Positions 21,736-30,707 of a stretch of DNA of 64,000 nucleotides are shown here, in pieces (the first letter of the stretch is position 1; every line of letters starts with the position of its first letter). The stretch lies in assembly GCA_964630695.1 (NCBI GenBank), contig CAZVYZ010000005.1:2487-66486 (forward strand), read 5' to 3'. The translations under genes and the position numbers were made by a program. The stretch is from an uncultured Ruminococcus sp. GTDB taxonomy: Bacteria; Bacillota; Clostridia; Oscillospirales; CAG-272. The notes beneath the pieces are model-generated. The model saw nothing but the letters and a program-made list of their open reading frames with translations, had not been told where the DNA came from and searched no databases.

Positions 21736-22440
21736 ATGTTTATTATCCGCCTTGCCGAAATCCGTATCCGGATTGAGAACCGATACGGGTTTATCGAGCG
21801 GCAGTGCGCCGATTACATCTGTGAGGGAGACGAATATGCGTTTTCCGTGTCGGCGAGTGAGAAAGAACTGCGCGAGGAGCAGAAAAACGGGGATTTTTCC
21901 GCCGCTTATTGCGAAAGCATCTGTCTTTACCGCCATATCTGCGAAACTCTTCCGGATTATAATATCTTTCTGATGCACGCCTCGGTTGTCGAGGTGGACG
22001 GGAGTGCCTATGCCTTTACTGCCAAGAGCGGGGTCGGAAAATCCACGCATACGGCACTGTGGCTCAAAAATATCCCGCACGCGCGGGTCCTCAACGGGGA
22101 TAAACCGCTGTTCCGTGTGGAGCCGGATGGCTCGGTGACGGCATTCGGAACCCCTTGGAACGGAAAAGAGAACTGGGGCGAAAATATTTCCGCTCCGCTT
22201 CGCGCCATCTGCTTTATCGAACGCGGAGAGGTCAATTCCATCCGCCGCGCGGCGCAGGAGGATGCTATCGGGCGTCTGGTCCATCAACTTTACCTGCGCG
22301 GCACACGGTCCTCGGTTAACAAACAACTGATACTGATGGATGCTTTGGTGCGGGCGGTGCCGTTCTGGATTCTGTCCTGCACGATTTCCGATGAAGCGGC
22401 AAAAGTCGCTTACGAAGCCATGAAATATAACGGTCAGTGA
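21736..22440 (+). CDS. HPr-kinase-like P-loop protein
   Basis: HASVV, Walker A AKSGVGKST, NGDKP, GTPWNGKE motifs. Confidence 0.7.
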   Translation: MFIIRLAEIRIRIENRYGFIERQCADYICEGDEYAFSVSASEKELREEQKNGDFSAAYCESICLYRHICETLPDYNIFLMHASVVEVDGSAYAFTAKSGVGKSTHTALWLKNIPHARVLNGDKPLFRVEPDGSVTAFGTPWNGKENWGENISAPLRAICFIERGEVNSIRRAAQEDAIGRLVHQLYLRGTRSSVNKQLILMDALVRAVPFWILSCTISDEAAKVAYEAMKYNGQ

Positions 22441-22457
22441 CCGAAAAGGAGAAGCAT

Positions 22458-22724
22458 ATGCGAATCAAAAAGGATTTTACCATTCAGAAAGTCGGCGATT
22501 CCTACATTGCCGTGGCAGTTGGAGAGACGAGCAAAACCTTTCACGGAATGGTTCGGCTGAACGAAACGGGCGCGTTTTTGTGGAAGAAACTGAATGAAGC
22601 GGACGTTACGCTTGACGAATTGGTGGACGCCATGCTGGCGGAATACGACGTGGACCGCGAGACCGCCGCGCAGGATGCGGCACGTCTGGTGGAACAGTTC
22701 CGCACAAACGGAATTCTCGAATGA
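22458..22724 (+). CDS. PqqD-family (RiPP recognition element-like) protein
   Basis: 88 aa with LNETGAFLW..L, EYDV..ETA..D...LVEQF...GIL. Confidence 0.88.
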   Translation: MRIKKDFTIQKVGDSYIAVAVGETSKTFHGMVRLNETGAFLWKKLNEADVTLDELVDAMLAEYDVDRETAAQDAARLVEQFRTNGILE

Positions 22725-23191
22725 CGGAAACCGCAGAGCCGAACGGCAACATTGAGCGACAACTTGCCGAGCAGGGGTTTTATGTCAGCACCACGGTCGG
22801 GTGCAGTATGCGACCCATGCTCCGCAACCGACGGGACCGCGTGATTGTCCTGCCCGTCGGAGCCGAACGGCTGAAAAAATACGACCTGCCGCTCTACCGC
22901 CGCCCCGACGGAAAATATATCCTGCACCGTATTATCGGTGTGCGGGACGGGGAATATATCATCCGCGGGGATAACACCTACGTGAAAGAGCATGTTCCCG
23001 ACGCGTGGGTGCTGGGCTACGTTTCGGAGTTCTACCGAGGTCGACGGCACATCCTGTCAACCGCACGGTCCTACCGACTGTATGCGCGCGTGTGGAACCT
23101 GATTTATCCCGTGCGGCACCTTTTCCATATGGGACGAACCTTTGCCGCCCGCGTGTGGCATAAAATCAAACCCAAAAAGCAATCCGTATAA
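22721..23191 (+). CDS. S24/S26-family peptidase
   Basis: GCSMRPML (catalytic Ser), YILHRII, RGDN; ATGA overlap with the PqqD gene. Confidence 0.8.
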   Translation: MTETAEPNGNIERQLAEQGFYVSTTVGCSMRPMLRNRRDRVIVLPVGAERLKKYDLPLYRRPDGKYILHRIIGVRDGEYIIRGDNTYVKEHVPDAWVLGYVSEFYRGRRHILSTARSYRLYARVWNLIYPVRHLFHMGRTFAARVWHKIKPKKQSV

Positions 23192-23223
23192 AATTTGTAC
23201 TACCATAATGGCTACCTCAATAC

Positions 23224-23324
23224 CCCCTTGCTGAAAGTTCTTGAAAGTTCTTAGGAAACTTCTTTCAAGAAGTTTCCTAAGTGGGGTTCGGGGCAAAGCC
23301 CCGAGGTCTTAGCCCCGAGGTCTT
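23224..23324 (+). repeat. Dispersed palindromic repeat, copy A
   Basis: 14-bp perfect stem with a TTCA loop plus a GC hairpin. Near-identical to the reverse complement of 38888-38974. Ends in a 14-bp direct duplication (agccccgaggtctt x2). Confidence 0.85.
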
Positions 23325-23339
23325 AAAAAGGAGAAACAC

Positions 23340-24059
23340 ATGGCGGAACTGTATCCGACGGCGCATATCGCCGCAACCCCCGCAGACTTTGCACATACGG
23401 TCCTGATGCCGGGCGACCCCCTGCGGGCGCAGATGATTGCAAGGGAGTGGCTGGAGAATGCAAAACTTGTCAATAATATCAGAGGCGTGCAGGGCTATAC
23501 CGGAACCTACCACGGCAAACGCGTCTCGGTCATGGCGAGCGGGATGGGAATGCCGTCCATGGGCATCTATTCCTACGAGTTGTTCCGCGTGTTCGGTGTG
23601 GAGAATATCATCCGCATCGGGACCGCCGGTGCAATCAAGCCCGAGGTCCGTGTCCGTGACCTTGTGTTCGGCATGGGGGCATCGACCGATTCCAATTACG
23701 CGGCAAATTTCGGACTCCCCGGGACTTTCGCGCCGATTTGCAACTATCGCTTGCTTGCCGAGAGCGTCAGACAGGCGGAATTGGCGGGCGCGACCTACCA
23801 CGTCGGCAGTCTGCTTTCCACCGACGTGTTCTACGGCGACGACCCGACCGTCAACGACCGTTGGGCGAAAATGGGCGTGTTGGCAGTGGAGATGGAAGCG
23901 GCGGCACTCTATATGAACGCCGCAAGGCTGGGAAAGAATGCGTTGGCAATCTGCACCGTTTCCAATCATATCCTCACGGGCGAGGAGACAACCGCCGAGG
24001 AGCGGCAGAATGCTTTCGGCGAGATGATTCGGCTGGCACTTGAGATTGCTCCGGAGTAA
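23340..24059 (+). CDS. deoD: Purine nucleoside phosphorylase (DeoD type)
   Basis: TAHIAA, VLMPGDPLRA, GMGMPSMGIYSYEL, IIRIGTAG, VEMEAAALY. Confidence 0.96.
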   Translation: MAELYPTAHIAATPADFAHTVLMPGDPLRAQMIAREWLENAKLVNNIRGVQGYTGTYHGKRVSVMASGMGMPSMGIYSYELFRVFGVENIIRIGTAGAIKPEVRVRDLVFGMGASTDSNYAANFGLPGTFAPICNYRLLAESVRQAELAGATYHVGSLLSTDVFYGDDPTVNDRWAKMGVLAVEMEAAALYMNAARLGKNALAICTVSNHILTGEETTAEERQNAFGEMIRLALEIAPE

Positions 24060-24120
24060 AACGGCACGTGTCAGAAATCCTTGTCGCACCTGCCTTTTTG
24101 GCTCGATATGGTAAAAAAAC

Positions 24121-24173
24121 CAAAAACAACCCGAATTTACTGCGCGATATGGCGGTGTTCGGGTTGTTTTTTG
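24121..24173 (+). terminator. Terminator-like hairpin after deoD
   Basis: caaaaacaacccgaa...ttcgggttgttttttg inverted repeat. Confidence 0.55.
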
Positions 24174-24275
24174 CACAAAACGGTCGAATTGATGTAATCA
24201 AAAACAACAAAAGAGAATTAAAAAAATCGGAAAAATGAGTGTTTCGTGGATTTTATCGGGAAACGGGAAAAATGC

Positions 24276-24304
24276 TTGACAGAGGAGGAAACTTGTGCTA
24301 TAAT
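24276..24304 (+). promoter_or_regulatory. Sigma-A promoter upstream of the c-di-GMP riboswitch
   Basis: Exact TTGACA-N17-TATAAT. Confidence 0.85.
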
Positions 24305-24319
24305 AGCCTCAGCAAAAAC

Positions 24320-24457
24320 AAAAGTGAATATTTGGCAAAACCGTCGTGAGGCGGCGACGCAAAGCCTTGGGTCTTTTCTGATGGGAAAGTCAGCCCGGTT
24401 GCAATTTCTGAGGGATGGTATACGGATACCATCCTGCGGTTGCAATCGGTTTTTTTT
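24320..24457 (+). ncRNA. c-di-GMP-I (GEMM) riboswitch aptamer plus expression platform
   Basis: GGCAAAACCGUC-GUGA-GGCGGCGACGCAAAGC (P2 with GNRA loop) and GGGUCU...CAGCCCGGUUGC (P3) match the GEMM consensus; downstream hairpin and U8 tract. Confidence 0.9.
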
Positions 24458-24494
24458 ATCTTACAATTTCAAATGCGGTAGGGGAGGAATCGGA

Positions 24495-24692
24495 ATGGCA
24501 AGCAACAACCAAAACAATAGGGTCGGCTCTTTTGCCGCTGTCAACGGAGGGGTCATCGTGGGGTATTCTGCAAACGTAAAGTTGAGCGGATGCCCGAACG
24601 GCGCAGGCTTCGTGTTCGGAAACAGCGGCGTGGTGAAAAACTCCGTTTCTATGCGCGTAGGGCGCGGAAAGGGCGTCACGGGATTTCGATGA
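24495..24692 (+). pseudogene. 65-aa ORF, probable truncated N-terminus of a GLUG-like beta-repeat protein
   Basis: GGAGG RBS. GSFAAVNGGVI and AGFVFGNSGVVKNS resemble GLUG-type repeats; the ORF stops abruptly just before the next RBS. Confidence 0.45.
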
Positions 24693-24706
24693 AAGGAGGT
24701 GGGAAA

Positions 24707-26684
24707 ATGAAAACGAAATTCGGAAGACGGATTGCGGGCGCGATGGCGTTCTGCTTGGTATTGGCAACGGTGCTGACGGTTCCGTTCGGCTTTCTTCTTC
24801 CCGCCTCCGCCGCGGAAGCGGACTATACGTTTGATTCGGGTGCCGTGCTGATTACTTCCGAGCATAACGGCAAAAACATTCTGATTCAGAACGGTGTTTT
24901 CTCGGTCACGGTCAGCGGCGCAACAGGTGTCACGCTTCTGTTTGACAGTGTGAAGATGGACCGCAGATATTCGCAGGACAAGGACACGAAAAGCGGGAGT
25001 ACCGTTCGGGATTTGTATCGTGTTTCGACCACTCTCGGTTGGGGAACGAAAGCGCAGGTCTGTCCGCTTCTGATTACCGACAATTCGGAAGTCGAAGTGG
25101 CATTCCGCGGGACCAATACTTTTTACGCGGGTGTCAACAGCTGTACCGTCACTTCAGGCAACGTCTATGCAAGTTCGCAAAGCGGCGGCGGATTCGCGGG
25201 CATTCAGGTTGACCGCGGCTCAACCCTGACGATTCAGCAGAGCAACGGGTCTGTATTCGCCTATGGCGGTCATTACGTGGCGGCAGAGAATTCATCCAAC
25301 AATCCGAGCGACACTACCAATTTTCCGAAAGGCGGTGAAGACAAAGGTTATGGTTCGCCTGTCGGAACCACAACCAATCAACTTGCAGGTGGCGCGGGTA
25401 TTGGCGGCGGTGTAACCTACAATACCACGTCCTCTTACGGGCGGAGTTATACAACGGGACCCCCCGGGACCATTATCATCAACGGCGGTGAGATTCATGC
25501 CTTTGGCGGACATCAGGCGGCAGGCATCGGCGGCGGTCTGAACAGCGCCGCAACTGCAACCTCCATTACCATCAACGGCGGGAAAGTCAATGCCGAGGGC
25601 GGTCGTTGGGCGGCAGGCATCGGCGACGGGGACTCTTTGCAGGACCAATATACGGGGCAGTACAGCAACAGTTACTCCATCCATATCAACGGCGGAACCG
25701 TCACAGCGGTCGGAGGGGTTGCAAAATCGGGCATTGGCTGTGCGGACGGTTTATCCTCCGGTGTGAATACGACAACAACTTCGGGAATGAAAATCAACAT
25801 TACGGGCGGAATGGTTGATGCTCGGTCAGGTTACCCCGACCACTTCAATCCCTCTTCAACCACCGCTTACGAGGGGGCGGACGCTGCTGCGGCAATCGGT
25901 GCGGGAAACAAAACCCAAATGGTGGCACAGTCCATCTACATTTCGTCCGGTGTTACGATAATCGCCTCGGCGTTCGGACATTACGCCATTACCGAAAACG
26001 GTGTGGACCATGAGAGCGTTCCGCAGGTTTCCATTGAACAATGCAGAATGTACAACGGGCGGTTTCCGAACTTGGCATCAGCCCGGTTTATCCGTTGCCG
26101 GATGATATTACCGAGTGGCGGGCGAAGTTGTTGGAACTGTTTCAGGATAACAACATGACGCTCTACGCGGACAGCAGTTCGATTGAAATTTCCACTGTGA
26201 TTGCGCGGAAGCATTTCAAATCCATTGCGCTCACGTTACCGGACCCGACCGAACACGGCGGTCTTTACGCGTTGGAGATTCTGACCTCCCGGATTCTCAA
26301 TCCGCCGACGGGTATTGAACTTCCGGAGAATATCTATACAATGACAAGGATGATAACGGGAGCAATCCCTCGCACAATTATTTGCAGGTCACGCTGTCTT
26401 ACCGCGCGTTGCAGGAGAAAGATGGCGTTACCACCGACTCGATTGGCGTTACGGGGATTACCCCCGAATTGTATGGGAATGAATCTCTGAAAAATCTGAT
26501 TGAGACTATCGGCGAGAACGGCTCCGTGCTGTCGGTAGCGAAAGGCGAGCAGATTTCGGTCTGGCTGTCGCTGAAAGGGGAGCCGACTGCCAAGAATGGC
26601 GGCGCATTTACTTCCGTAAATCTCGTTCCCGTCGGAATGCTGACCATTGCGCTCGGTGGCTTCAGCCAAACAGGAGGAAACTGA
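24707..26684 (+). pseudogene. Secreted Gly/Ser/Thr-rich beta-helical surface protein, broken into three reading frames
   Basis: Signal peptide (MKTKFGRR...PASA/AE) and GGAGIGGG / AAGIGGG / AAGIGDG / AAAIGAG repeats. Frame changes near 26040 and 26320-26340 (ORFs 24707-26158, 26041-26490, ~26319-26684). Confidence 0.65.
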
Positions 26685-26685
26685 A

Positions 26686-27213
26686 ATGCACAGATACAGT
26701 ATGACCCAGATGAAAAAAGTTGTCCTCATCGGCATTGCCTGCGCGGTGCTGCTTGCTGCCGTGGTGGGGGGAATCGTGTTTGCCGCACTGCTGAAACCGG
26801 AGATTTACGATAAGCAGGCGCAGGACGGCGCACCGCAGAATCTCCCCGAACGGTTCGGCTACGTTTCCTACGAAAACGCGGCGGTCTGCAAGGTCGCGCT
26901 TGCCTGCACGCCCGATTTTGACGGGAGATACGCAAAAATCAACCTGACCAATCCGGAGCAAAACGCCGTTTTGCTCAAAGCCGTACTGTACTCGGTGAAA
27001 GAAGTCCCGAAAGAGGACGGAAGCACCGATTTCATTCCGGACAGGAAACTCGGGGAGACGGGTTTTCTTCGCCCGGGGACCTATGTGGAAAGCGTGAAAC
27101 TGAGTGGATTGACCGCGGGGAAAGAAATCCGCGTACTGGTCAAGATTGCCACCATGAATGAGGAGGACCGCACAAGCAACGGTTTCTTCTATATCAGGAC
27201 CAACCTGTCCTGA
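26686..27213 (+). CDS. Membrane-anchored Ig-like hypothetical protein of clostridial surface-fibre loci
   Basis: N-terminal TM helix; LTNPEQN.VLL, ETGFLRPG.YVE.V.L, NG motifs; GGAGG RBS. Confidence 0.6.
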   Translation: MHRYSMTQMKKVVLIGIACAVLLAAVVGGIVFAALLKPEIYDKQAQDGAPQNLPERFGYVSYENAAVCKVALACTPDFDGRYAKINLTNPEQNAVLLKAVLYSVKEVPKEDGSTDFIPDRKLGETGFLRPGTYVESVKLSGLTAGKEIRVLVKIATMNEEDRTSNGFFYIRTNLS

Positions 27214-27221
27214 TTTCGTCT

Positions 27222-27257
27222 GCCGACACACAACTTCTCCGTGTGTCGGCTTTTTTT
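27222..27257 (+). terminator. Intrinsic terminator of the riboswitch-controlled locus
   Basis: gccgacacac-aacttctcc-gtgtgtcggc followed by T7. Confidence 0.8.
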
Positions 27258-27358
27258 GCCTTTTTTTCGGCAAAACGCTTGAAGTGCGACGCATTTCATG
27301 GTATAATAATACAGTAGTGAAGTGATTGGACCGCTCTGCGCGGCTGTGGGAGGTTTCT

Positions 27359-29308
27359 ATGTTGGATTTTATTCGGGTTGCGGCGTGCGTGCCGCAGGTT
27401 ACGGTCGGAAATACGGTGCGGAACACCGAGGCGATTCTCGCAATGGCACGGGAAGCGGCGGAGAAAAAGCCGCAACTGACCGTGTTTCCTGAACTGTCGC
27501 TGACGGGGTATACCTGCGCCGATTTGTTTTTCCAATCTGCTCTGCTCGCGGGTGCGCGGGAGGGGCTTTATGAAATCGTCCGTTCCTCGGCGGCGCTTTC
27601 TTCCGTTCTGGCGGTCGGACTTCCCGTGACCGTCGGCGGTCGGCTCTATAACTGTGCCGCAATCGTTGCGGGCGGTCAACTTCTCGGTCTGGTCCCGAAA
27701 ACCTATATCCCGAACTATAACGAGTTTTACGAGAAACGGTGGTTTACGTCCGGCGCGGAGCGTACCGCAGATGAGGTGAGCGCCGCGGAATTGGGGCTTG
27801 CCGACTTGCAGGAGGGGACGGTTCCGTTCGGTACCGACCTGATTTTCGACACGGGCGCATTCCGTTTCGGCGCGGAGATTTGCGAGGACCTCTGGGCAAC
27901 CGTCCCGCCGAGCGCCTACCTTGCGTTGGGCGGCGCGGAGGTGATACTGAATCTGTCCGCAAGCAACGAGACGATTTCCAAGCGCCGCTACCGTCGCTCA
28001 CTTGTCGCGGCGCAGTCGGCGGCACAACTCGACGCATACGTCTATGTTTCCGCAGGCTGTACCGAATCCACCACCGACCTGATTTTCTCGGGTCACAGCA
28101 TGATTTGCGAGGCAGGCAGAATGATTGCCGAAAACCGCGAAACGATTGACGGCGACTATATGCTGTTCGGTGACGTCGACCTCGGGAAACTGCGGGTCGA
28201 CCGTCTGAAAATCAAAACCTTTGCGGACGGTGCGGAGCAGAATGCACACCGTTTCCGCACCGTAGCGGTCCCGTTGGAACCGGCGGAAAATGACCTTGAC
28301 TACTATCCTGTCAGTCGGCTTCCGTTCGTGCCGGACGCCAGAAACGACCGTACCGAGCGGTGCATGGACATCTTTGAGATGCAGGTCATGGGGTTGAAAA
28401 AACGCATGGAGGTCACGCACGGGCGCCCCGTCATCGGTGTTTCGGGCGGATTGGATTCCACCTTGGCGCTCCTGGTTGCAACCGAGGCGGCGCGGCGCAT
28501 GGGAAAGCCGACGACCGACGTGGTGGGTATCACCATGCCGTGTTTCGGCACGACCGACCGTACCTATCGCAACTCTCTGGAACTGATGCGAACGCTCGGA
28601 ATTACCGCGTTGGAAATTCCGATTGCCGCGGCTGTGGAACAGCATTTTCGCGACATCGGTCAGGACCGCAACACCCTTGACCTGACTTTTGAAAACGCGC
28701 AGGCGAGAGAGCGGACGCAGGTCCTGATGGATTACGCGGGCAGAATCGGCGGCTTTGTTGCGGGAACGGGGGATTTGAGCGAATTGGCGCTCGGATGGTG
28801 TACCTATAACGCCGACCACATGAGTATGTACGGCGTCAACTGCGGCGTGCCGAAAACCTTGGTCCGTTGGATGATTGACAGCATTCTGCAAAGCGACCGT
28901 TTTGCGGCGTCTGCCGCAGTCCTGCGGGATATTCTGGATACGCCCATCAGCCCCGAGTTGTTGCCGCCCGATGCGGAGGGGAAGATTGCACAACAGACCG
29001 AGGAGATTGTCGGTCCCTACGCCCTGCATGATTTCTTCCTTTACTATACGGTGCGTTTCGGTTTCCTGCCGGAAAAGGTGTTTGCATTGGCAGTCAAGGC
29101 GTTCCGCAACGATTTTGACCGCGCAACCATCAAAAAATGGCTCCTGGTCTTTTACCGCCGCTTCTTTACGCAACAGTTCAAGCGGAGTTGCCTGCCGGAC
29201 GGCGTGAAACTGGGAAGCATCTGCCTCTCGCCGCGCGGTGACTGGAGAATGCCGAGCGACGCTTCGGCAGAGGTATGGCTCGCACGGGCGGAACGAATTG
29301 AGATTTGA
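27359..29308 (+). CDS. nadE: Glutamine-dependent NAD+ synthetase
   Basis: Nitrilase domain (FPELSLTGY, PKTYIPNYNEFYEKRWF, EICEDLW) plus synthetase domain (GVSGGLDS, ENAQARERT, GTGDLSE, SPELLP). Confidence 0.96.
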   Translation: MLDFIRVAACVPQVTVGNTVRNTEAILAMAREAAEKKPQLTVFPELSLTGYTCADLFFQSALLAGAREGLYEIVRSSAALSSVLAVGLPVTVGGRLYNCAAIVAGGQLLGLVPKTYIPNYNEFYEKRWFTSGAERTADEVSAAELGLADLQEGTVPFGTDLIFDTGAFRFGAEICEDLWATVPPSAYLALGGAEVILNLSASNETISKRRYRRSLVAAQSAAQLDAYVYVSAGCTESTTDLIFSGHSMICEAGRMIAENRETIDGDYMLFGDVDLGKLRVDRLKIKTFADGAEQNAHRFRTVAVPLEPAENDLDYYPVSRLPFVPDARNDRTERCMDIFEMQVMGLKKRMEVTHGRPVIGVSGGLDSTLALLVATEAARRMGKPTTDVVGITMPCFGTTDRTYRNSLELMRTLGITALEIPIAAAVEQHFRDIGQDRNTLDLTFENAQARERTQVLMDYAGRIGGFVAGTGDLSELALGWCTYNADHMSMYGVNCGVPKTLVRWMIDSILQSDRFAASAAVLRDILDTPISPELLPPDAEGKIAQQTEEIVGPYALHDFFLYYTVRFGFLPEKVFALAVKAFRNDFDRATIKKWLLVFYRRFFTQQFKRSCLPDGVKLGSICLSPRGDWRMPSDASAEVWLARAERIEI

Positions 29309-29324
29309 TTCGGGAGATGACAAA

Positions 29325-30584
29325 ATGAATACAAAACAAATGACTCTGAAACGGAAGCAGCAGAATCTGATTGTGATTGCCTGTCTCGTGTACAGTTTTG
29401 CTTATACGGGGCGCTACAGTTACAACGCGAACATCGCGCCGATTATGGCGTTCTACAACGTTACGCGTGCGGAAGCGGGGCTGACGGGAACTTTTTTCTT
29501 CTTTGCCTACGGTGCGGGGCAACTGATTCACGCAATCTTCTGCAAATTCTATCCGAGAAAATATATCATTCCGAGCGTTCTTGCGGTGTCCGCGGTTTTC
29601 AATATCGTGATATTCTGCGGCGTGCCGTTCGGGGCAATCAAATACCTGTGGCTTCTCAACGGGATTTGCCAGTCGGTTCTCTGGCCCATGTTGGTTCTGG
29701 TCCTGAGCGACACCATGGATTCCGCGATGATGAAACGGGCGGTGTTTGCCATGAGCCTGACGGTCGTCATCGGGACCGTGATTTCCTACGGCGGGAGTGC
29801 GCTGTTCAATCTGTTTGACTTTTTCCGCGGCGCATTTCTGCTCGGCGCGGTTCTGATGCTCGCAATCGGAGTTGCGTGGCTGATTGGTTACGATACGCTG
29901 ACTGCCGAAAAAGCGGGATTGGCGGAGACGCAGGCGGCAAAGTCCGAGAGCGCGGGGGAAAACGGCGAAAAGCGGCGCGGTTCCGTGAGCGGCGCGTTGG
30001 TCGGTCTCATTGCGGCGTGCGGATTGTTTATTGCGGTGGATAACTTCGTCAAGGACGGGCTGAACACATGGACTCCCGTGATTCTGAAAGAGCGGTTCGG
30101 AGCGGGGGACAGTCTTTCCATCGTTCTGACCGTTGCCCTGCCGTTCTGCGGCGTTTTCGGCGCGATGCTGGCGCTCCGGATGAATCGGAAGATTCGGGAT
30201 TTCCGAGCGCTCAGCGGTTGCCTGCTCCTGTTGCTTTCGGTTTGCATTTGCGGAATTCTCCTTTGTATGAGGCTCGGTAGCATGGCGCTGACCGTTGCGT
30301 TCCTCGGCATTGTTTCCTGCTTTGCGCACGGGATCAACTCCATTATGACCAGTATCATGCCGTTTGCCCTGCGGGATAAAATCAACCCCGGATTCCTTGC
30401 CGGACTGATGAACAGCGCGGGCTACGTCGGCAGTACCGCCAGCGCCTACGGGCTTGGCGTGATTGCGGACCGGACCGATTGGAATACGGTGATGTACATC
30501 CTGTTGATTGCCTCGGTCGCCGCCACGGCGCTCGCGTGGGGAACAGTCCTTGTCGGGAACCTGCGGAAACGCACATCCGATTGA
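29325..30584 (+). CDS. MFS transporter (GlpT/UhpT-like)
   Basis: About 12 hydrophobic segments; YTGRYSY, FFFAYGAGQ, NGICQSVLWP. Confidence 0.85.
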   Translation: MNTKQMTLKRKQQNLIVIACLVYSFAYTGRYSYNANIAPIMAFYNVTRAEAGLTGTFFFFAYGAGQLIHAIFCKFYPRKYIIPSVLAVSAVFNIVIFCGVPFGAIKYLWLLNGICQSVLWPMLVLVLSDTMDSAMMKRAVFAMSLTVVIGTVISYGGSALFNLFDFFRGAFLLGAVLMLAIGVAWLIGYDTLTAEKAGLAETQAAKSESAGENGEKRRGSVSGALVGLIAACGLFIAVDNFVKDGLNTWTPVILKERFGAGDSLSIVLTVALPFCGVFGAMLALRMNRKIRDFRALSGCLLLLLSVCICGILLCMRLGSMALTVAFLGIVSCFAHGINSIMTSIMPFALRDKINPGFLAGLMNSAGYVGSTASAYGLGVIADRTDWNTVMYILLIASVAATALAWGTVLVGNLRKRTSD

Positions 30585-30596
30585 CCCGTATACAGC

Positions 30597-30631
30597 ATCC
30601 CGCCCCCGACTTTTGTCGGGGGCGGGATTTT
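30597..30631 (+). terminator. Terminator after the MFS gene
   Basis: atcccgcccccgac-tttt-gtcgggggcgggat followed by ttt. Confidence 0.75.
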
Positions 30632-30707
30632 GGGTTTGGGGCTTGTAAATTCGTCCGCTTTGTGCTATAATAAGAGTAGCAAATTTTCCGAAAAGGGGTA
30701 TTTGATA

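Noticed and set aside
21736-23191. Complete lasso-peptide or PQQ biosynthetic cluster
   Set aside because: No asparagine-synthetase-like cyclase, B2 protease, PqqE-type radical SAM enzyme or precursor ORF in the vicinity.
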